In this document: positions 29,523 through 39,270 of the stretch, piece after piece
How positions within the stretch are numbered: position 1 is the stretch's first letter
Layout of the letters: each line of letters begins with the position of its first letter
Assembly: GCA_030583865.1 (NCBI GenBank)
Contig: CP129479.1
Location: forward strand, 2,637,053-2,701,052
Direction of reading: 5' to 3'
From: Thermodesulfobacteriota bacterium
GTDB taxonomy: Bacteria; Desulfobacterota; GWC2-55-46
Length of the DNA stretch: 64,000 nt
Translations under genes and position numbers: made by a program
Notes under the pieces: generated by a model
The model's database searches: none
Told to the model about the DNA's origin: nothing
Seen by the model: the letters and a program-made list of their open reading frames with translations, nothing else

Positions 29523-29547
29523 GAAAAAAGTAGCCCGCTGGCGCGCC

Positions 29548-30585
29548 TCACATTATCGTCTGGAAAAGCCTGATGACCGGCGCTATCAGGAAATCAAGCC
29601 ACTTCTCCCTGTACATCGACGGGTCGAAGGGAACTGAGTCGGCCTTCCATTCCTCGATGATGCCCTTCAGGTCCTTTACCATTTCCTTTTCCCTGAAGCA
29701 CACCCCGGCCTCTATCCCGTAGTCAAAGGAAAGTATGTCGAGGTTCTGCGAGCCGACGACGCCTTCCTTCCCGTCAACTAGCAGCACCTTCGCGTGGTTC
29801 ATCTCGTCCTGTATGTAGAACCTTATCCCCGTGGAGGCGAGCGCGGATATGTAGAAGAAGTTCGTCTTCGTGAAAAGCCGGTGGTCGGTGCGGCGCGGGA
29901 GTATCATCTCTACCTTTACGCCCCTGAGCACCGCCTGATGCAGGAGCGCCACCATCCACCTCCGGGGAAAGAGGTAGGGCGTCACTATCACTATGCTTTT
30001 CCGGGCCCTGGCTATGGCGCTCCTGTAATGCTTCTTTATTAGCCTCTTTCCGCTCGGCGGCTGGTGCTCGAGGAACCAGATGCGCGCCCTCTCCCCGAGG
30101 CTCGGTCCCCTTTCGCAGAAGCGCGCAACCGACGGGTCTTCCCCGCCGCACGTCATGTAGGTGCGGGCAAAAGAGCAGATCACGTTATTCACTATCGGCC
30201 CTTCGAGGCGTATTTGCAGGTCCTTCCACTTGAGGAATAGCCGGTGGATGTTGACCCCGCCGATGAACGCGACCTTCTCGTCAACGATGAGTATCTTCTT
30301 ATGCGTGTGGCGGAACCAGCGGCTGAAGAGCATGAGCTCCGCCCCGGCCCCCCGTATATCCTCTATGGTCTCCTTGCTTAGCTCCGAGCTCCCGAAGGAG
30401 TCGATAACTATCTTTACGCGCACGCCCTCGCGCGCCTTTCTCTTTATGGCCTCGAAGAAGGCGTGCCTGGGGGTGTTGTCCACGAAGATGTACATCTCGA
30501 GGTAGATGGACTCCCTCGCCTCTTTCATGGCCTCGAGCATCGCGTCCCAGGCCTTCTCGGTCGTGGAATAGAATTTATATCTCAT
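29548..30585 (-). CDS. cls: Phospholipase D family protein / cardiolipin synthase (ClsB-like)
   Basis: Two HKD motifs: HTHKKILIVD and NHAKVLLVD. Confidence 0.85.
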   Translation of the reverse strand: MRYKFYSTTEKAWDAMLEAMKEARESIYLEMYIFVDNTPRHAFFEAIKRKAREGVRVKIVIDSFGSSELSKETIEDIRGAGAELMLFSRWFRHTHKKILIVDEKVAFIGGVNIHRLFLKWKDLQIRLEGPIVNNVICSFARTYMTCGGEDPSVARFCERGPSLGERARIWFLEHQPPSGKRLIKKHYRSAIARARKSIVIVTPYLFPRRWMVALLHQAVLRGVKVEMILPRRTDHRLFTKTNFFYISALASTGIRFYIQDEMNHAKVLLVDGKEGVVGSQNLDILSFDYGIEAGVCFREKEMVKDLKGIIEEWKADSVPFDPSMYREKWLDFLIAPVIRLFQTIM

Positions 30586-30654
30586 GGGCCGGTTCCGCTT
30601 GCGAATCCTTGGGCGGCAGAATAGGGCGGGGGATAAGACGAGAGCCGAAAGACC

Positions 30655-31179
30655 TTACTTCCTGCCCGTCTGGATTAGATACTCCCTCCTTGAATAGTCT
30701 ATCCATGTGTAGACCGTAATCATGGCCGTGGCCCCGGCCAGGAACGGGAAGAAGGCGTCCCTGCCTATGAGCATGGCATATACTACAGTCAGTATCTGCA
30801 GAACCGTCGTTGACTTGCCGAAGACGCTCGGGGAGGCCGCGACCTTCCTGCCCATGCCGCGGAGCGCCATGAACCCGGTCAAAAGAAAGGAGTCCTTTAG
30901 TACTACCGGTATCGTGAGCCAGAGCGGCAGGAGACCCTTGGCAGTGAGCGCTATGTACGCGCTCATGAGGAGGAACTTGTCCGCGAACGGGTCCATGTTG
31001 GCGCCGAACTCGGTCCTCAGGTCGTACCTGCGTGCGAGAAAGCCGTCAACCCCGTCGGTTACGCCCGCTATTATGAAAACAGCGGCCGCGGTGTAAAGCT
31101 CTTCGATTACGACGAAATAAAGGAAGACCGGGACGAGGGCTATCCGGAGGATTGTAAGGAGGTTCGGGATATGCTTCAT
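30655..31179 (-). CDS. pgsA: CDP-diacylglycerol--glycerol-3-phosphate 3-phosphatidyltransferase
   Basis: CDP-alcohol phosphatidyltransferase motif DGxDGxxAR...G...DxxxD (AGVTDGVDGFLARRYDL...FGANMDPFADK). Confidence 0.85.
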   Translation of the reverse strand: MKHIPNLLTILRIALVPVFLYFVVIEELYTAAAVFIIAGVTDGVDGFLARRYDLRTEFGANMDPFADKFLLMSAYIALTAKGLLPLWLTIPVVLKDSFLLTGFMALRGMGRKVAASPSVFGKSTTVLQILTVVYAMLIGRDAFFPFLAGATAMITVYTWIDYSRREYLIQTGRK

Positions 31180-31215
31180 CTTCCGGCGGAATTCCTCCCC
31201 TCAGAGGCGCCCCTG

Positions 31216-31821
31216 TCAGGGCAGCCATTTGAAATAGGTCTTGGTCCGCTCCTCCGCCTTCCCGGGCGGCAGGGTCGTGAATACGGCGTCCACGAACCTC
31301 TGCACCCTGGGCTCATATGCCTTGTACATGGCGAGGTGCATGGGCGCCCTGTCCAGATTAAGGTCCGATTCCCTGCTCCTGTAGTCGGCCGTCCAGAGGA
31401 GCTGGCCCGTGGCCGAGCGCAGCTCGAAGTAAGCCTTTATGCTCAGGGAAGCGTACGGAATGAAGCTGTCCCTGTCCCAGTCCGTTACGCGGATGTAGAG
31501 GAGCCCGTCGGCCCCCAGCAGGGCGGCCGCCTCATTCGGAGGCCTGGAGGCCCAGCCCTCCGCGTCCCTGCCGTGCTTTTCGAATTCCTCTAGCGGCACC
31601 GTAATGTACTTGAGGGCCGCAAGCTTCTCAACGGACATTGCCCTGAAAAGGCGGCTTATGTCCTCGGCCTCGCCTGGGGCCTTCTCTTCCCAGACGACCG
31701 GGAGAACCGCGACCTTTACGGGCGCGGCCTTTGCGTATCCGTCCGTGACGGAGTGCCTGACCGCGGTCCCGCAGCCTCCGAGCAGAAGGGCCAGCAGTAT
31801 GGCGGGGAGGAGTCTTCTCAT
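31216..31821 (-). CDS. Hypothetical lipoprotein
   Basis: Signal peptide with LLGGCG lipobox; no recognisable catalytic motif. Confidence 0.5.
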   Translation of the reverse strand: MRRLLPAILLALLLGGCGTAVRHSVTDGYAKAAPVKVAVLPVVWEEKAPGEAEDISRLFRAMSVEKLAALKYITVPLEEFEKHGRDAEGWASRPPNEAAALLGADGLLYIRVTDWDRDSFIPYASLSIKAYFELRSATGQLLWTADYRSRESDLNLDRAPMHLAMYKAYEPRVQRFVDAVFTTLPPGKAEERTKTYFKWLP

Positions 31822-32591
31822 TCGAGCGAGAGCCCCTCCGAGGGCCTTATGATGATCTGCCCGGCCCCCTCCACCACGGCGAATTTCTCGGGCACCTCGT
31901 TGGCTATCCTGGCCGCGAGCATGCGCGCGCTTGCGCCGGTCTCCGCGAGGAGCGTGACCCTGCCCGGGGAAAAAGACCTGTACGAGAGGTGTTTTATGAC
32001 GGCTATCTTCCTTATCGAGGAGAGGAGCCCGTTGAAGGTCCCGTAATCGACGACGTCTATTATGTTTATGACGAGCGGGCTCTGGTAGGCGCTTACGGCG
32101 AGGTATTTGGTTATGGCGTCCCGGAGCGCGTCCCTGTCGACAGAGGCGTCGATCCAGACATGGTAAAACTCGACGCCCGCGCCTGGCGAGGCATCGACCG
32201 GGAGCGGCCCGCCAGCCGGGAGCGCGTCCATGTGCATTACGAGCCCTTCGGAGCGAATCCTGTAATTGAGGACATATGCGCCGGGGCTCGAGGTCATGTC
32301 CTTTAAGACGGCCTCGGGCGCGACAAGCGATTCCTTTACGAGTATGGAATTGACGGCGTCCCTCACGGCGTTCACGAGCGCCCCGTCCAGGGCCGAGCGC
32401 TTCATCCGGGCCATGTCGTCGGATCTGGCGGCAGTGCCCTCCGAGGGTATGACGACGATATCGGCCGCTTCCGCGGCATTAAAGTGCGCGGTAGCGGAAA
32501 CGGCCAGTAATATCAAAACAAGCAGGTATCTCAATTGAGGAACCCCCTTACAAGCCCTATTATACAGTTTTTGTCCCCCGGATTGAACCAT
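31818..32591 (-). CDS. Hypothetical secreted protein
   Basis: Hydrophobic N-terminal segment (LRYLLVLILLAVSATA). The exact start is uncertain because the first ATG would overlap miaA by 60 nt. Confidence 0.4.
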   Translation of the reverse strand: MVQSGGQKLYNRACKGVPQLRYLLVLILLAVSATAHFNAAEAADIVVIPSEGTAARSDDMARMKRSALDGALVNAVRDAVNSILVKESLVAPEAVLKDMTSSPGAYVLNYRIRSEGLVMHMDALPAGGPLPVDASPGAGVEFYHVWIDASVDRDALRDAITKYLAVSAYQSPLVINIIDVVDYGTFNGLLSSIRKIAVIKHLSYRSFSPGRVTLLAETGASARMLAARIANEVPEKFAVVEGAGQIIIRPSEGLSLE

Positions 32592-33442
32592 CTTATTTCA
32601 GGGTCTTTCCTGAACCAGGTCATCTGCCTTTTCGCGTAATGCCTCGTGTTCCTTTTTATGAGGCGGACGGCCTCATCGAGCCCGTACCCGCCCTCGATGA
32701 AAGCGGTCATCTCCTTATAACCCAAACCGCGCATCGGCTTCAAGCCGGAATGGTACCCCATTGAAAGGAGCCTTCTCGTCTCTTCCAGAAGACCTGCACC
32801 GACCATCATATCGACTCGCCTGTCTATTGCCGCGTATAGCTCCTCCCTTTCCATCGAGAGCCCTATCTTCAGGGTCTCGAAGGGGGCCGGGGCAAAGGAG
32901 TGCTCCTTATGGAAGTCTGATATGGGCTTCCTGGAGAGGCTGTATACCTCCAGGGCCCTTATGACCCTGTGGAGGTTATTGGGGTGTATGCGCGAGGCGC
33001 TCACGGGGTCGACTTCACGGAGCTTCTCATGGAGGGCTGCCCTGCCTTTTTTTTCCGCCTCTTCGAGGAGGCCCCTACGGAGTTCCCTGTCGGCTTCAGG
33101 CCCGTCGAAGAGCCCCTGGGTAAGGGCCTTGATATAGAGGCCGGTGCCGCCTGCGATCACGGCCCTTTTTCCCTTATCGTTTATCTCCCGGATCTTTCGG
33201 AAGGCGTCCTCCCTGAATTTGGCGGCCGTGTACTCTTCAGAAGGGTCGACAATGCTTATCAGGTGGTGGGGTACGCCTGCCTTTTCGTCTTCAGCGGGCT
33301 TGGCCGTGCCTATGTCCATGTGCCTGTAGACCTGCATGGAATCAGCGCTTATGACCTCGCAGTCAAATAAGAGCGCAAGCTCGACTGCCAGGGCCGATTT
33401 GCCGGAGGCTGTGGGCCCGGCTATGACAAGGAGCTTCTGCAT
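32531..33442 (-). CDS. miaA: tRNA dimethylallyltransferase
   Basis: IAGPTASGKSALA P-loop...SADSMQVYRHMDIGTAKP IPT signature. Confidence 0.9.
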   Translation of the reverse strand: MQKLLVIAGPTASGKSALAVELALLFDCEVISADSMQVYRHMDIGTAKPAEDEKAGVPHHLISIVDPSEEYTAAKFREDAFRKIREINDKGKRAVIAGGTGLYIKALTQGLFDGPEADRELRRGLLEEAEKKGRAALHEKLREVDPVSASRIHPNNLHRVIRALEVYSLSRKPISDFHKEHSFAPAPFETLKIGLSMEREELYAAIDRRVDMMVGAGLLEETRRLLSMGYHSGLKPMRGLGYKEMTAFIEGGYGLDEAVRLIKRNTRHYAKRQMTWFRKDPEIRWFNPGDKNCIIGLVRGFLN

Positions 33443-33469
33443 CCGGGAAATTATACTATTTTCAGATGG

Positions 33470-34291
33470 TTATGTCACGAGCCGGATGAGGGTTATCTCA
33501 GGAGGGCAGTTGAACCGGACGGGTATCATGACGACACCGACGCCCCTTGATACGTAGACCTGGGTAGAGCCGTTCCGGACGAGGCCGCCGGAATATTTCT
33601 GGCCGAAGCCGGAGGGCAGCACAGGGGCGAACGAGAACGGGAGCCTCACCTGGCCGCCGTGGGTGTGCCCGGACAGGACAAGGTCCACCCTCTCGCCCTC
33701 AGGAAGGAACTCTGCGTAATCCGGGTGATGGGAGAGTAAAATCCTCGGCGCCTCCTTTGGTGCGCCATCCAAAGCTTTTTTCGCGTCGGGCGCGTCTTCG
33801 AGATAGTCCCTTACGCCTCCTATGCAGAGCGCGTCCCTGCCGGACTCGATGAAAGCGTGGCTATTCTGAAGGAGGGGGATACGGTAGGAGTCCATGACCT
33901 CCTCGGTATAGCCAGTTCCTATGAAGTGGTCGTGGTTCCCGAGGACGGAGAGCGTCCCGTAGCGGGCCTTGAGACCGGAAAGGGCCTTTACAACAGGGGC
34001 CATGTACTTCCTGCCGTCGTCGATATAGTCGCCGGTGAGGACAAAGAGGTCGGGCCTCAAGCTATTCGCCTCTTCTATCACCTTTTCTATGTAGCCGAGG
34101 CCGACGACAGGGCTGTGGTGGATATCGGTAAGGTGGCATATGGTGAAGCCGTTGAAGGCGGGAGGCAGGCCGTTTATCCTGACCGCGGCCTCCTGGACCC
34201 TTACGCCCCTCGGAGCGAGAAGAGTGCTCTCGAAGAGGAGAGCGCCGCCGAGCAGGACCCCGCCCCTCAGGAAATCGCGGCGGGATATCAT
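33470..34291 (-). CDS. Metallophosphoesterase (calcineurin-like) with Tat-type signal
   Basis: MISRRDFLRGGVLLGGA twin-arginine signal plus GDxxD...GNHD metallophosphatase motifs. Confidence 0.75.
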   Translation of the reverse strand: MISRRDFLRGGVLLGGALLFESTLLAPRGVRVQEAAVRINGLPPAFNGFTICHLTDIHHSPVVGLGYIEKVIEEANSLRPDLFVLTGDYIDDGRKYMAPVVKALSGLKARYGTLSVLGNHDHFIGTGYTEEVMDSYRIPLLQNSHAFIESGRDALCIGGVRDYLEDAPDAKKALDGAPKEAPRILLSHHPDYAEFLPEGERVDLVLSGHTHGGQVRLPFSFAPVLPSGFGQKYSGGLVRNGSTQVYVSRGVGVVMIPVRFNCPPEITLIRLVT

Positions 34292-34295
34292 CTTC

Positions 34296-36053
34296 TTACC
34301 TCCCGAAGAAAGACTCTATCTCCCTCCTTGAGAGCCTTTTCACGACCGGCCTGCCGTGGGGGCAGTGCCCGGCAAAGTCTATTGCGGCCATCTCCTTCAA
34401 AAGCGCCCGGGCCTCTTCTTTCCTTAGCGGCCTCGGCCCCCTTATGACGCTGTGGCATGCTATCCTCATTAACACGGACTCGACCCTCTCCTCGGCCATC
34501 CGGCTCCCTCCGTGAAAGGAGAGCTCTTCCGCCATGTCCTTTATAAGGGATGCGGAGCTCCTGCCGGCAAGGAGGTCGGGAACGGACTTGAGGAGGAATG
34601 TCTCGCCCCCGGCCTTTGCGGACGGGCCGAAGGGCATGACCTCGAAACCCATTTCAGAAAGATACTCCAGGGACTTGAGTATCATCTCCTTTTCCCCGGG
34701 TGTCGTCTCTATCCTCTCAGGAAGAAGGAGGGCCTGGCTCCTTATGGAGCCTGAGTCGAGCCTTTTCTTTAAAGCCTCGAAGGCGCACCTCTCGGCAGCG
34801 CCGTGCTGGTCAATGAGATACGCTTCCCCGCTCTCCGGGCCCTGGGCCACTATGAACTCGCCCCAGAGCTGGCCTATGACTTCGAGATTAAGGAACTCGG
34901 GGTTTTTAACGTCCCCGGTATTTTCCGTTACTTCCGAAAGGCCGAGCTGGACGGGCCTTTCGCTTGGCTCATAGCTCGCGGCAGGCTCGTTAAGCGCTGT
35001 AGCCTGTCCCTGCCATCCCCTGCCCGCAGGGGTGAAGGCCTTCCTGTATCCAGCCCTTTCGATTGGAGAATTGCCGGAGGCAGGCCTGGCCGAAAGCGCG
35101 TCGCGTATCCCGAACCTCACCAGGTCGTAGACATAGCCCAGGTTACGGAACCTGACCTCGCTCTTTGACGGGTGGATGTTTACGTCCACGTCCTCCGGTG
35201 GGATTTTGAGGTCCAGGACCGCGAAGGGGTATCTGCCGCCAAGCAACCCCCCGTATCCTTCAAGTATAGCACGGTTGATCGACCTGTCGCGGACCCACCT
35301 GCCGTTTACGAAGGTATGGATGTGCCTCGCCGTCGGATAGCTCAAGCCAACGGCCCCGACAAAGCCCGTAAGGTCGGGCGTCTCTACCTCGACGAGCCTT
35401 TCCCCGATCTCCGGGCCGAAAAGGTCTGCTATCCTCTGTCTCAATGAGCCCGGCAGGGCCTCGAGGGGCCTGCCGGAGCCGTGCACTATCCGCATGCGCT
35501 TATCAGGGTTTATGAGGGCTATCTTCTTGAACGTATCGAGGATGCGGCCGTATTCGGATTCCGCCCCGCGCATGAACTTTAGCCTCGCGGGTGTGTTGTA
35601 GAAGAGGTCTTTTACCTCGATGGAAGTGCCCTCGGGGCAGCCGTCGGATGTGATTGCCGGCTCTCCCCCTCCCTCGACGACGACCCTCGTTCCCTCGACC
35701 TCTCCTGGCCGCCTGGTCCGTAACGTTACAATCGAAACGGCAGAGATGCTCGCAAGGGCTTCGCCCCTGAAGCCCATTGTCATTATCCTTTCGAGGTCCT
35801 CCTCGCTCTCTATCTTGGATGTGGCGTGGCGTGCAAAGGCAAGTGAGGCGTCCTCCCTCGAAATCCCGCAGCCGTTATCAACGATGCGGATGAGCCTTTT
35901 CCCGCCCTCGGCGACGTTAACGGATATTACCGACGCCCCGGCGTCTATGGAGTTTTCGAGGAGCTCCTTCAAGACGCTCTCGGGCCTTTCAACCACCTCG
36001 CCCGCGGCTATCTTCGAGGCAAGGGACTTATCGAGGAGCCTTATCCTTCTCAT
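34296..36053 (-). CDS. mutL: DNA mismatch repair protein MutL
   Basis: IRLLDKSLASKIAAGEVVERP...ELLENSIDAG GHKL ATPase N-terminus. The start is set at the internal ATG 36053. Confidence 0.9.
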   Translation of the reverse strand: MRRIRLLDKSLASKIAAGEVVERPESVLKELLENSIDAGASVISVNVAEGGKRLIRIVDNGCGISREDASLAFARHATSKIESEEDLERIMTMGFRGEALASISAVSIVTLRTRRPGEVEGTRVVVEGGGEPAITSDGCPEGTSIEVKDLFYNTPARLKFMRGAESEYGRILDTFKKIALINPDKRMRIVHGSGRPLEALPGSLRQRIADLFGPEIGERLVEVETPDLTGFVGAVGLSYPTARHIHTFVNGRWVRDRSINRAILEGYGGLLGGRYPFAVLDLKIPPEDVDVNIHPSKSEVRFRNLGYVYDLVRFGIRDALSARPASGNSPIERAGYRKAFTPAGRGWQGQATALNEPAASYEPSERPVQLGLSEVTENTGDVKNPEFLNLEVIGQLWGEFIVAQGPESGEAYLIDQHGAAERCAFEALKKRLDSGSIRSQALLLPERIETTPGEKEMILKSLEYLSEMGFEVMPFGPSAKAGGETFLLKSVPDLLAGRSSASLIKDMAEELSFHGGSRMAEERVESVLMRIACHSVIRGPRPLRKEEARALLKEMAAIDFAGHCPHGRPVVKRLSRREIESFFGR

Positions 36054-36107
36054 GCGATGGATTTTACTATTTGGGAAGGGAAAAGCCAAGCAGAGCGGTG
36101 AAAAAAA

Positions 36108-36776
36108 TCAGGGGAGGTGTTTAGAGAGCGGGCAGGAAGCGCATTTGGGCTCCCTGGGCCTGCAGAAGTCCTTGCCAGTACGGACAATGAGGGCGTGGTA
36201 TTCGTTAAAGAGGCGGGCATCCAACGGTAGGTTTTGCATAAAGAGGGACTTTACATCATCGTAGTCTGCGCCGCCCGCAAGAAGCCCATGCCTCTCGAAT
36301 ATCCTTTTGGTATAGGCGTCGACCACGAACTCCGGAAGTACGGCGGCATAGAGGATGATGGAGTCGGCTGTCTCAGGGCCTATGCCGTTTATGGAAAGGA
36401 GCTCTCTCCTGAGCTTTTGGGATTCCTGCTTGAGGAGCTTATCGAGGCTACCCTTGTGCTCAAAGTGGAGGTGGTCGAGGAAGTTTCGGAGCCTCTTTGC
36501 CTTGATATTGAAGTACCCTGCGGGCCTTAAGAGGCTTGCAAGCTCGTCATGGGAAAGTGCCCGCATGCGCTCAGGGTTCAGCACCCTCTTTTCCCGGAGG
36601 TTTCTTATGGCCTTCTCGACATTGGTCCAGGCGGTATTCTGAGTGAGTATGGCCCCGGTGATTACCTCGAAGCGTGTCCTCCCCGGCCACCAGCCCTGCG
36701 GACCGAATGCCGAGAAAAGGGAGGAATAATAGGCGGTAAGTATTGAAGAAAGGTTGCCGCGCTTCATCGAATGCAC
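36108..36776 (-). CDS. HhH-GPD DNA glycosylase (endonuclease III-like) with 4Fe-4S loop
   Basis: LPGIGPETADSIILYA HhH-GPD motif and a C-terminal CRPREPKCASCPL Cys cluster. Confidence 0.75.
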   Translation of the reverse strand: MHSMKRGNLSSILTAYYSSLFSAFGPQGWWPGRTRFEVITGAILTQNTAWTNVEKAIRNLREKRVLNPERMRALSHDELASLLRPAGYFNIKAKRLRNFLDHLHFEHKGSLDKLLKQESQKLRRELLSINGIGPETADSIILYAAVLPEFVVDAYTKRIFERHGLLAGGADYDDVKSLFMQNLPLDARLFNEYHALIVRTGKDFCRPREPKCASCPLSKHLP

Positions 36777-36781
36777 TTGAG

Positions 36782-36920
36782 GGTTCCTCTAAAAATCAGA
36801 TATTTTTTCCGAGGTCGAGGCAGGGCGGAAATAAAAAGCGGAGCATATATGTCAATATGTGAGCATTTTTATTTTCGCCCTAACGAAGAGGTCGGGAAAA
36901 AGAGCGATTTTAGGGGGACC
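36782..36920. repeat. Family-1 MITE-like element, degenerate copy
   Basis: Core GGAAATAAAAAGCGGAGCATATATGTCAATATGTGAGCATTTTTATTTTCGCC with diverged termini. Confidence 0.7.
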
Positions 36921-36923
36921 CTT

Positions 36924-37919
36924 CTAAAGCCCTTTAAGCTCGGCTATCTCCCTCTCAGTCAAGTGCCTCCATTCGCCCGGCTTAAGAGCACCTAATTTAA
37001 GCCCCGCGAACTCTATCCTCTTAAGTTTCTGCACCGGGTGGCCTATGGCCTGGCACATCCTCTTGACCAGATGGTTCCTGCCCTCGAATACCGTAAGCTC
37101 TATCCACGAGTTCTGGCGCGTGGCCCTCACGAACCTCACCTTTGCCGGAAGGGTCTTCCCGTCCTCCAAATGGACCCCGTCTTCGAGCTTCTTAAGCCTC
37201 TCCTTCGTGGGCACGTCGCTTACCTTCACGAGGTACTTCTTCGGGACCTGGAAGGTCGGGTGTATGAGCTTATTCGAGAAGTCTCCGTCGTTCGTAAGGA
37301 GGAGCACCCCCTCGGCGTCGTAGTCGAGCCTCCCGACGGGATATACCCTGGCCTTTACGGCAGAGACGAGCTGCGTGACGACCGGCCTTCCGGCCTCGTC
37401 GGATACGGAGCTTATGAAGCCCTTGGGCTTATTGAGTAGGACGTATACCCTGGGCCCGCCGTGCCTGACCCTTTTTCCGTCTACCTCTATCCTGTCGTTA
37501 ACCGGGTCTGCCTTTGCGCCGAGCTCAGTTACTGCCCTCCCGTTCACCCTCACCCGGCCCTCGGTTATCATCTCCTCGGCCTTCCTCCGTGAGGTTATCC
37601 CCGCGTTCGCTATTATCTTCTGGAGCCTCTCCTGTTGCGGCGCCTCCGGAGGCGCTTCCCTCTTCGGACTCCTCCCAGCCGCCCCCTTCGCCGTCCGGGA
37701 AGCCGTCGGCCTCCGGCCCCTCTTCAGGCCCGGAGATGTCGGCCTCTCCTTCCTCCCCGGCTTCGAGGGCCTCTCCTCTTTCCTCGCTTCTTCCGTCCCC
37801 CTCCGGCGCGCTGTCCCGGGCCCTTTCCTCGGCGCTTTCTCCGCCCTCGGGGCTTCCTTCCGCCCTGACCGCCCCCCCGGCTCCGTCTTCCTCGGCTCCC
37901 TGCCCTTCTTCCCGGGCAT
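36924..37919 (-). CDS. rluB: 23S rRNA pseudouridine synthase (RluB/RsuA family) with basic N-terminal tail
   Basis: S4 domain (ERLQKIIANAGITSRRKAEEMI) plus catalytic VGRLDYDAEGVLLLTNDG. The first ~100 aa are K/R/P-rich and read from a GA-rich tract shared with the scpB tail. Confidence 0.8.
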   Translation of the reverse strand: MPGKKGREPRKTEPGGRSGRKEAPRAEKAPRKGPGTARRRGTEEARKEERPSKPGRKERPTSPGLKRGRRPTASRTAKGAAGRSPKREAPPEAPQQERLQKIIANAGITSRRKAEEMITEGRVRVNGRAVTELGAKADPVNDRIEVDGKRVRHGGPRVYVLLNKPKGFISSVSDEAGRPVVTQLVSAVKARVYPVGRLDYDAEGVLLLTNDGDFSNKLIHPTFQVPKKYLVKVSDVPTKERLKKLEDGVHLEDGKTLPAKVRFVRATRQNSWIELTVFEGRNHLVKRMCQAIGHPVQKLKRIEFAGLKLGALKPGEWRHLTEREIAELKGL

Positions 37920-38451
37920 ACTCTTCCTCCATTTTAGTTAGGTCTTTAAGGCTCGGCAGGCAGGAGAGGTCCTTGAGCTCAAATGTCTCAAGGAACTCCT
38001 TCGTGGTCCCGTAGACCACGGGCCTGCCCGGAGCTTCTTTCCTTCCGACTATCTTTATGAACCTCTTCTCCATGAGCGTTGCGAGGACGCCGCCTGAATC
38101 CACCCCGCGGACGGCCTCTATATCGCCCCTCGCCACAGGCTGCCTGTACGCCACGACCGCCAGGGTCTCCATTGCCGCCTTGCTGATCTTCTGGAGGCCG
38201 ATCTTGAAGAACCTCCGGAGAAAGGGGGCGAACTCAGGGTTTGTCCTGAACTGGTACCCGTTCGCCACCTCTTCGATGAAGAACCCCCCTCCCTTTGTCC
38301 TGTAGTCCTCTATGAGTTCGTTCAGGGCTGCCCTTACAGCTGCCTTGTCCTCGCCTTCGAGCACCCCTGCGATCCTCTCGAAGCTTATGGCGTTCTCGGC
38401 GGCGAATATGAGCGATTCGATTACGGGCTTCAGGCTATCTTTGTCCAGCAT
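37525..38451 (-). CDS. scpB: Segregation and condensation protein B with long acidic C-terminal tail
   Basis: ScpB winged-helix core (PVIESLIFAAENAISFERIAG...) followed by ~120 aa of E/G/A/D-rich tail that overlaps rluB out of frame. Confidence 0.8.
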   Translation of the reverse strand: MLDKDSLKPVIESLIFAAENAISFERIAGVLEGEDKAAVRAALNELIEDYRTKGGGFFIEEVANGYQFRTNPEFAPFLRRFFKIGLQKISKAAMETLAVVAYRQPVARGDIEAVRGVDSGGVLATLMEKRFIKIVGRKEAPGRPVVYGTTKEFLETFELKDLSCLPSLKDLTKMEEEYAREEGQGAEEDGAGGAVRAEGSPEGGESAEERARDSAPEGDGRSEERGEALEAGEEGEADISGPEEGPEADGFPDGEGGGWEESEEGSASGGAATGEAPEDNSERGDNLTEEGRGDDNRGPGEGEREGSN

Positions 38452-38456
38452 AGGCT

Positions 38457-39263
38457 CTATTCTTCCTTGTTTTCGTTCTGGTCTTCGTTTTCTCCGGGGC
38501 CGGGCCCGGAGGCATCGGCGCCTTCTCCGCCTTCCTCTTTCCTCTCCTCGGGCATGTAGACCCTTATGACGCCGTCCTCTGTCTGGTGCACCCGTATCAT
38601 GAGCAGCTTCGCGAGCTCAAGGACGGCGAGGAATGTGACCACGATCTCGCCCCTGGTCGCGCCCTCGGGGAAGAGCGAGACGAAGGTCGCGCTCTTCTCT
38701 CTACCGAGGAACTCAACGATGTCGTTTATCTTGTCGGCTATCCTGAAGCGCTCGGATGTTAGCTCGACCGTCCTTTCTTTCGGGGCGCGCAGAAGCACGC
38801 CCTTTATGGCTTCCATTAGGTCGAAGACCGAGACGTTCACGAACCCGGCCCCTTCCTCGAGCTCCTCAAGCTCCACCTCGGCGCCGCGGGTGAACACGTC
38901 CCTGCCGAGGAGGTTCTTCTCGGATAGCTCCCTTGCCGCTTCCTTGTATCTCTGGTACTCGAGGAGCCTTCTTACCAGCTCTTCCCTCGGGTCGCAGCCT
39001 TCCTCCTCCTCGGGCTGGGCCTCCTCGTCCACAGGCAGGAGCATCCTGCTCTTTATGTGGACCAACGTCGCGGCCATGACCAGGAACTCGCCCGCGAAGT
39101 CGAGGTTCATCTCCTTCATCATCTCGATGTATTCAAGATACTGCTCGGTTATGGAGGCTACCGGGATGTCGTAGACGTCCACCTCGTTCTTCTTTATGAG
39201 GTGGAGGAGGAGGTCGAGCGGCCCCTCGAATATATCGAGCTTTATGTTATAGGTCTGGGACAT
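38457..39263 (-). CDS. scpA: Segregation and condensation protein A
   Basis: KLDIFEGPLDLLLHLIKKNEVDVYDIPVASITEQYLEY N-terminus typical of ScpA. Confidence 0.85.
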   Translation of the reverse strand: MSQTYNIKLDIFEGPLDLLLHLIKKNEVDVYDIPVASITEQYLEYIEMMKEMNLDFAGEFLVMAATLVHIKSRMLLPVDEEAQPEEEEGCDPREELVRRLLEYQRYKEAARELSEKNLLGRDVFTRGAEVELEELEEGAGFVNVSVFDLMEAIKGVLLRAPKERTVELTSERFRIADKINDIVEFLGREKSATFVSLFPEGATRGEIVVTFLAVLELAKLLMIRVHQTEDGVIRVYMPEERKEEGGEGADASGPGPGENEDQNENKEE

Positions 39264-39270
39264 GGGGCGG

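Noticed and set aside
37514-38014. Plus-strand S/P-rich ORFs 37514..38014, 37375..37941 and 37635..37868
   Set aside because: They are antisense to the GA-rich scpB/rluB tract; the pyrimidine-rich antisense strand gives S/P/L-rich stop-free frames.
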